This document shows positions 49,023 to 58,132 of a stretch of 64,000 nt of DNA, in pieces; the first letter of the stretch is position 1; the number at the start of each line of letters is the position of its first letter. The position numbers and the translations under genes are program-made. Under the pieces are notes generated by a model. The model worked only from the letters and a program-made list of their open reading frames with translations, ran no database searches and had not been told where the DNA came from. The stretch covers positions 3,168,001 to 3,232,000 of the forward strand of contig CAWAIF010000003.1 in assembly GCA_963782055.1 (NCBI GenBank), given 5' to 3'. The DNA is from an uncultured delta proteobacterium (GTDB lineage: Bacteria; Myxococcota_A; Polyangia; Polyangiales; Polyangiaceae).

Positions 49023-49745
49023 ATGATGAGCCCTTCCGTCTCTTTTCCCGCCGGGGCCCTGCGCCCCCGTTCCTCGTTCCGGGTCTTCGCGCGGCGCGCC
49101 GTGGCCCTCTCCGCCCTCGGCGTGGCGCTCCTCGCCGCGGGCGGGGCGCGCGCCGACGCCACCGTGTCGGTGGGCAGCGGCTTCTCCGCGCCCCCGCCCT
49201 CCGAGCGGCCGCCCATCATCGTGGTGAGCCCGGACGACAGGCCGCCCGAGGACCTCCCCGGGCCGCCGCCCCGTGAGGTCTACCGCTCGCCGGTGCGCCT
49301 GCTGCTGGGGCCGGCCTTCGTGACGACCGGTCAGGGCATGGGCCCAGGCCTCGCGCTCGCCGCCGAGTTCGGGCGCGGTACCGTGGGCCTGCGGCTGTCG
49401 GCGAGCTGGCTCCGCGGGGAGAACCCCGACGATCCCTCCGCGCGGCTCGGCTCCGCGGTGGGCCAGTACGCCGGGGAGCTCACCCTGGACCTCTACAAGC
49501 GCGGGCCCCTCCACCCGGTGATCGGCGTGGGGCTCGGGGTCACCCACATCGACAACGCCCGCGGCGGTGGGTTCGCCGCGGTGGGCATCGCGCGGGCGGC
49601 CCTGGAGTACTCGCTCGGCCTCGATGACGCCGACGTCCGGCTGGGCGCCGGGGTGACCGGCGCCCTGACTGGGCCGGAGGACCGCGAGATGCAGGATGTC
49701 CGCGGCTACGCCATCGTCGGAGGGACCCTGACGATCGGCTTCTGA
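49023..49745 (+). CDS. Hypothetical exported protein, probable small outer-membrane beta-barrel
   Basis: Signal peptide (ARA-D), alternating Gly/hydrophobic strands and C-terminal TLTIGF. Start uncertain. Confidence 0.6.
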   Translation: MMSPSVSFPAGALRPRSSFRVFARRAVALSALGVALLAAGGARADATVSVGSGFSAPPPSERPPIIVVSPDDRPPEDLPGPPPREVYRSPVRLLLGPAFVTTGQGMGPGLALAAEFGRGTVGLRLSASWLRGENPDDPSARLGSAVGQYAGELTLDLYKRGPLHPVIGVGLGVTHIDNARGGGFAAVGIARAALEYSLGLDDADVRLGAGVTGALTGPEDREMQDVRGYAIVGGTLTIGF

Positions 49746-49750
49746 CCCCC

Positions 49751-49791
49751 GCCGTCGGGGGCGCCGAGGTCCGACGGCGCCGGCCGACGGC
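49751..49791. terminator. GC-rich hairpin after the beta-barrel gene (no U tract)
   Basis: Nested stems GCCGTCGG/CCGACGGC and GGCGCCG/CGGCGCC. Confidence 0.35.
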
Positions 49792-49822
49792 CCGAAGGGC
49801 CCGCACGTGGTATGCCCCGGGC

Positions 49823-51103
49823 ATGACGGCATCGAGGTCCGGCGAGCCCGCCGGCGTGGTCGAGACGACGCGCGAGCTATGCCGTCGTGCGCGGGCGGCG
49901 TCGCGCCTGCTCGGCGTGCGCTCCCGGGAGGACAAGGATCGCGCGCTCCGGGCGGTGGCCGCGGCGCTGCGCGCGGACTCGGCCGGCATCGTCGCGGCCA
50001 ACGCGGAGGACGTCGCGGCCGCCCGCGCCCGCGGCGTCAAGCCCGCGCTGATCGACCGCCTCTCCCTCGACACCGCGCGCGTGGAGGACGTGGCGCGTAG
50101 CGTGGAGGCCATCGCCGCGCTGCCGGACCCGGTCGGCCACGTGATCGAGGATCGCACGCGGCCCAACGGGCTGCGGGTCCGGCGCGTGCGCGTGCCGCTC
50201 GGGGTCATCGCGATGATCTACGAGGCGCGCCCCAACGTGACGGCCGAGGCCGCGGCGCTCTGCTTCAAGGCGGGGAACGCGGTGGTGCTGCGCGGGGGGT
50301 CGGAGGCGCTGCGCTCCAACCTGGCGATCGCGCGGGCGGTGCGCGCGGGCGTCGAGCGCGCCGGCCTCCCCGCCGACGCCGTGCAGGTGGTGGGCGACAC
50401 CTCGCACGAGAGCGTGCTGGCGCTGGTGCGCGCCGAGGGGCTGGTGGACCTGGCCATCCCGCGCGGGGGCGAGGCGCTCATCCGCTTCGTCACGGAGAAC
50501 GCGCGCGTGCCGGTGGTGCAGCACTTCAAGGGGGTGTGCCACCTCTTCCTCGACGCGGGCGCGCCCGTGGCGGAGGCGGCGGCCCTCGCGGTCAACGCCA
50601 AGCTCTCGCGCCCGGGCGTCTGCAACGCGCTGGAGTGCCTGCTGGTCGACGCCGCCGACGCCGGGCGGCTGCTCCCCCCGGTGGCGCGCGCGCTGCTGGA
50701 GGGCGGGTGCGAGCTGCGCGGCTGCGAGCGCACGCGCGCCCTGGTCCCGGAGGCGAAGGCGGCGGGGCCGGACGACTACGGTCGCGAGTTCCTCGACCGG
50801 GTGCTCGCGGTGCGCGTGGTGGACGGCCTGGACGGCGCGCTCGCCCACGTCGCGCGCTACGGGTCCGGTCACACCGAGGCCATCTGCACGGCCGTCGACG
50901 CCCACGCCCACCGCTGGCGGCGAGAGGTGGACGCCGCCTGCGTGGTGGTCAACGCCTCCACGCGCTTCCACGATGGCGGGGAGCTGGGCCTCGGCGCGGA
51001 GATCGGCATCGCGACCAGCCGCCTGCACTGGCGCGGGCCGATGGGCCTGGAGGCCCTGACCACCATGAAGTGGCTGGTCGACGGCAGCGGACAGGTCCGC
51101 TAG
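49823..51103 (+). CDS. proA: Gamma-glutamyl phosphate reductase
   Basis: RVPLGVIAMIYEARPNV, IPRGG, VCNALE, SGHTEAI, NASTRF and GLGAEIGI. Confidence 0.95.
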   Translation: MTASRSGEPAGVVETTRELCRRARAASRLLGVRSREDKDRALRAVAAALRADSAGIVAANAEDVAAARARGVKPALIDRLSLDTARVEDVARSVEAIAALPDPVGHVIEDRTRPNGLRVRRVRVPLGVIAMIYEARPNVTAEAAALCFKAGNAVVLRGGSEALRSNLAIARAVRAGVERAGLPADAVQVVGDTSHESVLALVRAEGLVDLAIPRGGEALIRFVTENARVPVVQHFKGVCHLFLDAGAPVAEAAALAVNAKLSRPGVCNALECLLVDAADAGRLLPPVARALLEGGCELRGCERTRALVPEAKAAGPDDYGREFLDRVLAVRVVDGLDGALAHVARYGSGHTEAICTAVDAHAHRWRREVDAACVVVNASTRFHDGGELGLGAEIGIATSRLHWRGPMGLEALTTMKWLVDGSGQVR

Positions 51104-51221
51104 GCGTCCGTCGCGCGGCCGCGGGCCGCGAGGGGCGATGAAGGCGTCGGCCACACGGTCCCCGCCGGAAGACGTTGACGGCCACCGGCGGCGATGGTCT
51201 TTTTGCGGTGAGGAGCCTTTC

Positions 51222-51821
51222 TTGGCGAAAAAGACACGATCGGGCGGAGGGGGCGCGGGGCGTGAGGGCGAGCGTCCGCGGATCAAGACATCGCACCACG
51301 GCAAGCCGGCGGCAGGTCCCGCGGCGCCGCCGCGAAAGCGCGCGACCCGGGCCGCGCCGCGGCCGACGACGGCGGCGAGCGCCGCGGCGGGGCTCAAGGC
51401 GGCGCTCGGGCCGCGCACGCGCAAGGCGAAGGCCGGTCCCATCGACACCGGCGCGGTCGCCAGCGACGAGGCGCGCCGGCTGGCCATCGAGATTGCCGTG
51501 GCCGCGCTGGAGAAGAAGGCGGTGGGCCTGGAGATCCTCGATGTATCGGGCAAGGTGGACTACGCCGATTTCCTGGTGCTCATGACCGGGCGCAGCGACC
51601 GGCAGGTCTCCGCGCTGGCGCAGGCGATCGAGGAGGCGCTGGGGAAGCGCGGGCGGCGGCCGCTGAGCGTGGAGGGCATGCCCAACGCGAGCTGGGTGCT
51701 GATGGACTTCGGAGACGTGGTCGTGCACGTGTTCCAGGAAGAGGCGCGGAACCTGTACGACCTGGAGGGCCTCTGGCTGGACGCGAGGAGGATTCCGGTG
51801 CCCGGGGAGGAGGTCACGTGA
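51222..51821 (+). CDS. rsfS: Ribosome silencing factor with long basic N-terminal extension
   Basis: EKKA...DYADFLVLMTGRSDRQV...WVLMDFGDVVVHVF...YDLEGLW. TTG 51222 after GAGGAG. Confidence 0.9.
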   Translation: MAKKTRSGGGGAGREGERPRIKTSHHGKPAAGPAAPPRKRATRAAPRPTTAASAAAGLKAALGPRTRKAKAGPIDTGAVASDEARRLAIEIAVAALEKKAVGLEILDVSGKVDYADFLVLMTGRSDRQVSALAQAIEEALGKRGRRPLSVEGMPNASWVLMDFGDVVVHVFQEEARNLYDLEGLWLDARRIPVPGEEVT

Positions 51822-51827
51822 AGGCGG

Positions 51828-53180
51828 TCACTCCGCTCGCATCCGCATCCGCATCGGCAGCCCGCCCCTGGGCCGCAGCGTGATCAGGGGCTGCGGCACC
51901 GCCTGGTGGCCGGGCAGGTGCTCCGGTCTCGCGCGCTGCACCAGCGTGGCGACCACCAGCACCGCCTCCATCATCGCGAAGGCCTGACCGATGCAGATCC
52001 TCGGACCGCCGCCGAAGGGGAAGTAGGCGAAGCGCGCGCGCGACGCCTCGCGCTCGTGGGTGAAGCGGTCCGGGTCGAAGCCCTCCGGGTTGGGCCAGAT
52101 GTCCGGGTGCCGGTGCGTCACGTACGGCGACGCGAAGACGAGGGTGCCGCGCGGGACCGCGACGCCGGCGATCTCGTCGTCCTGCTCCGCCAGCCGGCCG
52201 AGGATCCACGCGGGCGGGTACAGGCGCATCGACTCCTTGATCACGCGCGTGGTGTACTCCAGGCGCGGCACGTCCTCCGGCGTGGGGACTCGGCCGCCGA
52301 GCACGCCCTGGATCTCGTCGGCCATCGCGCGATCGATCCCGGGGTGGAGGGAGAGCAGGTGGAAGGTCCACGCCAGGGCGTTGGCGGTCGTCTCGTGGCC
52401 GGCGAGGAAGATGGTCATGACCTCGTCGCGGATCTGCCCGTCGGTCATGCCCTGCCCGTCGTCGTCGCGTGCCTCGAGCAGCAGGTTGAGCAGATCCCCC
52501 GGGCGACCCTTGCCCGCGCGGTGCTCGGCGACGGCGCGCAGCACGACGGTGTCGAGCACGGCCAGGCGCCTCGCCAGGGCCCGGTTGCGGCGGGTGGGGA
52601 CCTCCGGCGGCACGTCGTAGAGCACGCGCGTCCGCGCGTTGACGTCCTGGAGCACGTGCGTCACGGCGCGGCCGAGCTCGTCGGTCTCCGCGCGCACGTC
52701 GGTGCCGAGGAGGGTCTCGGCCACCACGTGCAGGGTGAGGCGCATCATGTCCTGCGCGACGTCCGCCACCGCGCCGGCGCGGGCAGCGCGCTCCCACCGG
52801 CCGGCGACCTCCTCCGCCGCGCGCGTCATCACCTCGGCGAAGGCGCGGATGCGATCCTTGTGGAAGGCGGGCTGCATGATGCGCCGCTGCCGCAGCCAGA
52901 AGTCGCCCTCGCTGGTGAGCAGGCCGTTGCCCAGAACGATGCGCAGCTTGTCGAAGCCACGCGTCTCCTTGCTGTAGGTCTTGTGGTGGTCCTGCAGGAC
53001 GTGGCGGATGTGGTCGGGGTGGGCAAGAAGGTGCCCGCGCACCCAGCCGAAGCGCAGGCGCGCCACGTCCCCGCACTGGTCGAAGGCGTCCAGCATGAAG
53101 CGCAGCGAGTCGCGCCGGAGCTGGGCGAAGTGCCCGAGGAGCAGGTCGCCGCGCGGCGCGGGCGCGATCGCCGCGGTCAC
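51828..53180 (-). CDS. Cytochrome P450
   Basis: AGHETT, ESMR (ExxR), PDRF and heme motif FGGGPRICIG. GTGA overlap with the tatC stop. Confidence 0.95.
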   Translation of the reverse strand: MTAAIAPAPRGDLLLGHFAQLRRDSLRFMLDAFDQCGDVARLRFGWVRGHLLAHPDHIRHVLQDHHKTYSKETRGFDKLRIVLGNGLLTSEGDFWLRQRRIMQPAFHKDRIRAFAEVMTRAAEEVAGRWERAARAGAVADVAQDMMRLTLHVVAETLLGTDVRAETDELGRAVTHVLQDVNARTRVLYDVPPEVPTRRNRALARRLAVLDTVVLRAVAEHRAGKGRPGDLLNLLLEARDDDGQGMTDGQIRDEVMTIFLAGHETTANALAWTFHLLSLHPGIDRAMADEIQGVLGGRVPTPEDVPRLEYTTRVIKESMRLYPPAWILGRLAEQDDEIAGVAVPRGTLVFASPYVTHRHPDIWPNPEGFDPDRFTHEREASRARFAYFPFGGGPRICIGQAFAMMEAVLVVATLVQRARPEHLPGHQAVPQPLITLRPRGGLPMRMRMRAE

Positions 53181-54028
53181 GAGTCGTCCGCCTTCTTCTC
53201 TTCCTCCGGCTCCTTCTTCTTGCGCGCCACCACGAACGAGATGAGCACCGAGAGGAAGTAGAGCACCACCAGCGCGCCGCTCACCGCCATCTGGCTGGTG
53301 ACCTCCGGCCCCGGGGTGGCGATCGCGCCCACCACGAAGGCCAGGAGCACCGCCCAGCGGCCGAACCGGAGGAGCTGTCTCGGCGTGACGATGCCCGCCA
53401 TCGCCAGGAAGGAGATGAAGAGCGGCAGCTCGAACACCGCGCCGAACGCGAGGAGCATGCGGGTGGTGAAGTCGAGATAAAACTCCAGCGTGGGCCGCTG
53501 CGTGAGGACCGTGCCGCTGGTGTCGACCTGCCCGAGCAGGGAGAAGAAGTAGTTGAAGGTGAAGGGGAAGGCGACGTAGTAGGCGAAGGCGACGCCGGAG
53601 AGGAAGAGCGACGTGGAGAAGACCACGAAGGGCACGATGAAGCGCCGCTCCTTCTTGTACAGGCCCGGACTGATGAACGCCCAGAGCTGGTAGAAGATGA
53701 TCGGCGCCGCGGCGATGACGCCGGCCATCAGCGAGAGCTGGAGGTAGCCGATGAAGACGTCCGCCGGGGAGAGGGTCTGCAGCTCCGGCGCGCCGGGGAG
53801 GTGCCTGCCCATCCAGGCCTTCTCGTAGGGCTTGAGCAGCCAGGCGAGGATGCGCACGCGGTAGACCCACGCGACCACCGTGCAGATCGCCGTGCCGATC
53901 GCCGCGCGCACCAGGCGGGTCCGGAGCTCCGCCAGGTGCTCCCAGATCGTCATCTTGACGTCCTTCTCCGGAGTCTCCGGAGTCTCCGGAGTCTCCGGAG
54001 TCTCCGGCTCTTCGGCGGCGGCGGTCAT
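53177..54028 (-). CDS. tatC: Twin-arginine translocase subunit TatC
   Basis: MTIWEHLAELRTRL, YQLWAFISPGLYKKER and FGAVFELP. Confidence 0.95.
   Translation of the reverse strand: MTAAAEEPETPETPETPETPEKDVKMTIWEHLAELRTRLVRAAIGTAICTVVAWVYRVRILAWLLKPYEKAWMGRHLPGAPELQTLSPADVFIGYLQLSLMAGVIAAAPIIFYQLWAFISPGLYKKERRFIVPFVVFSTSLFLSGVAFAYYVAFPFTFNYFFSLLGQVDTSGTVLTQRPTLEFYLDFTTRMLLAFGAVFELPLFISFLAMAGIVTPRQLLRFGRWAVLLAFVVGAIATPGPEVTSQMAVSGALVVLYFLSVLISFVVARKKKEPEEEKKADDS
53965..54007. repeat. In-frame 9-nt tandem repeat (TCTCCGGAG x4 plus partial) encoding PET repeats at the TatC N-terminus
   Basis: Directly visible. Confidence 0.85.
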
Positions 54029-54549
54029 TCGGCGGGATGCTCGGCGGACTGGCTCGTCGCGGCGGCGGGCGGGAGGACCGCGCTCTCGTCCCCGGTCATG
54101 TAGAGCGGGTCGTCGGCGAGGGGGCTCTTCGGCAGCGTGCCGGTGTAGACGATCGCCGTGTCGGGTAGCGCGCCGTAGGAGTCGGGCCCCTCTCGCGGGT
54201 TCTCCCTGTCGCGCTCCACGTACATCTCCGGGTCGTGCATCGGCTCCGGCGCCAGCGGCTCCGACCGGGACGTCGTCGCCGCGGCGGCCGCGCCGACGCT
54301 GGCGGAGCGCACCATGCCGCCCAGGTCCACCCGGGCGAGCTTGCGGATCTCGTGGATGGGCTCGGCCAGGCCCTCGTCGCGCAGGGCGTCGTCGATGCCG
54401 CTCTGCGCGCGCAGGTCCGCCGCCATGCGTCGCATCTTCCCCGACCACTTCCCGAGCTTGCGAAGGATCTTGGGCAGCTCCTTCGGCCCGAAGATGACCA
54501 GGGCGACGATCACCACGACCGTCAGCTCGCCAAAACCCATCCCGAACAC
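54025..54549 (-). CDS. tatB: Twin-arginine translocase subunit TatB
   Basis: MFGMGFGELTVVVIVALVIFGPKELP, immediately upstream of tatC. Confidence 0.88.
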   Translation of the reverse strand: MFGMGFGELTVVVIVALVIFGPKELPKILRKLGKWSGKMRRMAADLRAQSGIDDALRDEGLAEPIHEIRKLARVDLGGMVRSASVGAAAAATTSRSEPLAPEPMHDPEMYVERDRENPREGPDSYGALPDTAIVYTGTLPKSPLADDPLYMTGDESAVLPPAAATSQSAEHPAE

Positions 54550-54622
54550 GGGGCGAACCATAGCACGTACCGCGCGCGCCGGCGGGGCCGCGCCGTCACG
54601 AGAAATCGGCTAGAACTCGGGC

Positions 54623-55708
54623 GTGATTGCGCTCCAGGCGGTGACCCCGGACGAGCTCGTGCGCGCGCTGCCGGTGCTGCGCCCGGAAGAGGCGCGCAAG
54701 GTGGTGAGCGCGGTGCACCGCCGGGGCTGGCCAATCCCACCGGTGGCGGGGGTGAGGCGCATCGCCCTGGAGGCGGTGCGGGCGGCCGGCCATGTCCCGT
54801 CGCTCCAGGTGGCGCGCGTGCAGTCGAGCGCGGTGGACCCCTTCCGCAAGCTGGTGCTGGCCTCGCACGACGGCCAGGTGGTCGAGGCGGTGCGCATCCC
54901 CCTGGAGCGCGCCGGTCGCTTCTCGGCGTGCGTCAGCTCGCAGGTGGGCTGCGCCCTCGCGTGCGCCTTCTGCGCCACCGGCAAGATGGGCCTGCAGCGC
55001 AACCTGGAGGCGTGGGAGATTGTCGAGCAGGTGCGGGCGGTGCGGCGCACGCTCGACGCGGCGGCAGGGCAGCGCGTGCACGGCGTGGTCTTCCAGGGGA
55101 TGGGCGAGCCGCTCGCCAACCTGGATCGCGTGCTCGCCGCCATCCGGGTGCTGGCCGACCCGTGCGCGCAGGCCATCGACGCGCGGGCGATGACGGTGTG
55201 CACCTCCGGACTGCCTTCGGGGATCCTCCGGTTGCTCCGCGAGGCGCCGCGCGTGCGCCTGGGGCTGTCCATCGGCTCGGCGATCGCCGGGGACCGCGAG
55301 GGCATCATGCCCATCGACGCCTCCCACACGCTGGCGGAGGTGCTCGCGGCCGCGGCCGAGCACGCGCGCGCGACGCGCAACGCGCCCATGTGGGCGGTGG
55401 CGCTGCTGGAGGGCCGCAACGACACCCCGGAGCACGCGGCCGCGCTGGCCGATCGCGCGCTCCTGTTCGCCCGCGAGACGGGCGTGCGGCCGCGCATCAG
55501 CGTCATCCCTTACAACGACGTGCCCGGCGCCGGGTTCCGCCGCGCCTCCGCGGCGCGCGAGGAGGCCTTCCGTGACGCGCTGGCGGCGCGCGGCGTCCGC
55601 TCTCACAAGCGCTACAGCGGGGGAGGGGACATCGCCGCCGCCTGCGGCCAGCTCGCCTCCGTGCGCGGTCTTCCCCTCTCCCACCAGGGAGAGGGAGGGC
55701 CGGGGTGA
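54623..55708 (+). CDS. RlmN/Cfr-family radical SAM RNA methyltransferase
   Basis: CVSSQVGCALACAFCATG, FQGMGEP and DIAAACGQL. Confidence 0.88.
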   Translation: MIALQAVTPDELVRALPVLRPEEARKVVSAVHRRGWPIPPVAGVRRIALEAVRAAGHVPSLQVARVQSSAVDPFRKLVLASHDGQVVEAVRIPLERAGRFSACVSSQVGCALACAFCATGKMGLQRNLEAWEIVEQVRAVRRTLDAAAGQRVHGVVFQGMGEPLANLDRVLAAIRVLADPCAQAIDARAMTVCTSGLPSGILRLLREAPRVRLGLSIGSAIAGDREGIMPIDASHTLAEVLAAAAEHARATRNAPMWAVALLEGRNDTPEHAAALADRALLFARETGVRPRISVIPYNDVPGAGFRRASAAREEAFRDALAARGVRSHKRYSGGGDIAAACGQLASVRGLPLSHQGEGGPG

Positions 55709-55711
55709 GGC

Positions 55712-56707
55712 TCATCCCCCGAGGATTGTCGGGTCGATGTTGACGTGCGCCATCCCGTCGCCCACCGCGCCGGTGGAGTCGCGGACCTCCACCTTGACGT
55801 CGAGCGGCTGGCCCAGGAAGGGGTGGTAGTCGATACCCTGGTTGTCCAGCTGGTAGCGCAGGCCGTAGAGCTTGCAGTAGCCGCCCTCGTCGGGGTCGAA
55901 GGTGAAGACGAAGGAGGTCGGCGGGATGGTGAGGCCGGTGCCCGGCTGCGTGGCGCTGATGGTCGTCGTCGAGCCGGAGCGCTTCAGGTTGCGCATGCGC
56001 ACCGCCACGTAGAAGTGGTGGCCGCCCTGCGGGCCGAGCTCCGCCTGCACCACCTGACCATCGGTGAGCGGGAGGAAGTCGGTCTGGCCGGTGCCGACGA
56101 CGACCTCGGGGGGGCCAGGGTTGGCGGGGCGGCAGATGTCCGGCACCGCCGTCGGCCAGTTGGCGACGTAGTTCTCCAGCGCGGGGCCCGGCACGGTGTC
56201 GTCGACGCACGCGCCGCCCACGCAGGTCTGCGGCGCGGTGCACGTCGGGCCGGGCACGTTGTTGCTGCCCGGCGGCCACTGGTTGACGCAGCGGCTCTCC
56301 AGCCGGATGCGCAGCAGCTTGTCGATGCCGGGCACCATCTCGGTGCGGGCGGTGCGCACCAGCAGCGGAGGCTCCCCCGACGAGGGGTCCAGCCCGGCGA
56401 AGGCCTCGATGCGGACCGACACCTTCGCGCTCGCGTCGCCCTTGCCGTCGACGGCGATCTCCTTCGGGAAGAGCGGTCCATCGGAGGCGCGGAACACCTC
56501 GTCGGCCTGCGGCACCGCGTCGACGGTGGTGGTGGCGTGCAGCGACCCGACCAGACCGCTCAGGTCGTCGGTCTGGACGCCCACCGTCAGCGAGCCCGCC
56601 GGCGTCGTCCGCGGGCCGCACGCCCCGGCGACGAGGACGCCCGCCACCGCCGCCAGGCCGTGAGCCCACCGTGATCGGGGAGTCGTGGTGTGCCGTGCCG
56701 CCTTCAA
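55712..56707 (-). CDS. Hypothetical Cys-containing lipoprotein
   Basis: TTG after GGAGG, lipobox AGAC, CxxxxTCxxGAC repeat and C-terminal GPQGGHH domain. Start uncertain. Confidence 0.68.
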   Translation of the reverse strand: MKAARHTTTPRSRWAHGLAAVAGVLVAGACGPRTTPAGSLTVGVQTDDLSGLVGSLHATTTVDAVPQADEVFRASDGPLFPKEIAVDGKGDASAKVSVRIEAFAGLDPSSGEPPLLVRTARTEMVPGIDKLLRIRLESRCVNQWPPGSNNVPGPTCTAPQTCVGGACVDDTVPGPALENYVANWPTAVPDICRPANPGPPEVVVGTGQTDFLPLTDGQVVQAELGPQGGHHFYVAVRMRNLKRSGSTTTISATQPGTGLTIPPTSFVFTFDPDEGGYCKLYGLRYQLDNQGIDYHPFLGQPLDVKVEVRDSTGAVGDGMAHVNIDPTILGG

Positions 56708-56785
56708 GGATCCTCCGGGATTGTCCCGCGTGCGTGCCGCATGGGCAACGTGTAGCAAGCGCCGCGCCCACAGCCGTTCTGCGGT

Positions 56786-58132
56786 ATGGTCGGGCCGATG
56801 CGGCGGGCCTGGGTAGGGTTGGGAGTCGTGTGCGCGGCGGCGCTGGCACCGCGCCCGGCCGCGGCCTCCCCGGAGGACATCTTCGGCTACGGGCCGCGCT
56901 CGGAGGCCATGGGCGCCACCGGCGCCGCCGCCGCGCACGACTACGAGGCCACCTACGCCAACCCCGCGCTGCTCTCGCGCATCCGCGAGCCGCGCCTCGC
57001 CCTCGGCCTGCAGGGCGCGACCTTCGACCTGCACGCGAGCGGCACCGGCCTGCCCGGCAAGGTCTCCGCGCGCCCGGCGAAGGGCGTGGACATCGGGGTG
57101 GACCTGCCCATCCCCTTCGGCGGCGCGCTGAAGAACCGCGTCGCCGGCGGGCTGGCCTTCTACACCCCCACCGACGTCCTGGTGCGCGGCAGCATCCTTT
57201 ACCCGGAGACGCCACAGTTCCCGCTGCTGCCCGACCGCACGCAGTGCCTCGCCATCCGGCTGGGAGTCGGCGCGGACATCGGCCACGGCTTCCGCCTGGG
57301 CGTCGGGTTCGGGGCGCTCGCCGAGATCGTCGGCGACGTGATCGTGGCGACCGACTCCTCCGGGCGCGTCGGCTCCAAGGTGGAGGACCAGCTCATCGCG
57401 GTCTACGCGCCCATCGTCGGCGCGTCGTGGGAGCACCCGCTCGCCGGCGGCACCCTCCGCGTCGGCGCCACCTTCCGCGGGAAGCTGGACGCACGCTTCG
57501 CGGTGGCGATCGACGCCACCAAGCTGAGCTCGCTGGCGCTGCCCGTCTTCAACATCGCGGGCCTCGCGCAGTTCGACCCGCTGCAGGTCGCGCTGGACGC
57601 CGCGTGGGAGAAGCGCGGGTGGGTGCTCACCGCCGGGCTCACCTTCAAGCACTGGAGCGAGTACCCGGGTCCCTTCGAGGGCACCATCCAGTGCCCGGAG
57701 GACGAGCCGGACTGCGGCTCGCTCACGCCGCCCGAGATCGGCTTCTCCGACACGCTGGTCCCGCGGATCGGTGCAGAATACACCTTTCGTCTCCCCGACG
57801 AGGCGGCGCTCCACGTCCGCGGCGGCTACTTCTTCGAGCCCTCGCCGGTGCCTGGCACGTTGCCCTCCTCGCAGGCCTACAGCCCCGCAGCCCAGACGCT
57901 GGTCGACGTCCCGACGCGCTTCTTCGACGCCAGCCGCCATGTGCTGACCGCGGGGGTGGGCGTCTCGCTCCGCGCGCCGGTGCCGGTCAGCATCGACGCC
58001 TTCACCCAGCTCCACGTGCTGCACCCGCGCACGCTCCAGCTCGAGGCGGGGGACGGCGCGGGCGGCACGTCGACAGCCGACCTCTCCGGCGCGGTGTTCG
58101 CCACGGGCGTGGTGGTGGGGGTGGGGTTCTGA
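56786..58132 (+). CDS. FadL/OmpP1-like outer-membrane transporter
   Basis: FGYGPRSEAMGATG...YANPALL hatch motif, beta-strand pattern and C-terminal VGVGF. Confidence 0.75.
   Translation: MVGPMRRAWVGLGVVCAAALAPRPAAASPEDIFGYGPRSEAMGATGAAAAHDYEATYANPALLSRIREPRLALGLQGATFDLHASGTGLPGKVSARPAKGVDIGVDLPIPFGGALKNRVAGGLAFYTPTDVLVRGSILYPETPQFPLLPDRTQCLAIRLGVGADIGHGFRLGVGFGALAEIVGDVIVATDSSGRVGSKVEDQLIAVYAPIVGASWEHPLAGGTLRVGATFRGKLDARFAVAIDATKLSSLALPVFNIAGLAQFDPLQVALDAAWEKRGWVLTAGLTFKHWSEYPGPFEGTIQCPEDEPDCGSLTPPEIGFSDTLVPRIGAEYTFRLPDEAALHVRGGYFFEPSPVPGTLPSSQAYSPAAQTLVDVPTRFFDASRHVLTAGVGVSLRAPVPVSIDAFTQLHVLHPRTLQLEAGDGAGGTSTADLSGAVFATGVVVGVGF

Noticed and set aside
54623..55708. Cfr antibiotic-resistance gene
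   Set aside because: RlmN and Cfr cannot be distinguished by eye, and there is no mobile context. Left as a family-level call.
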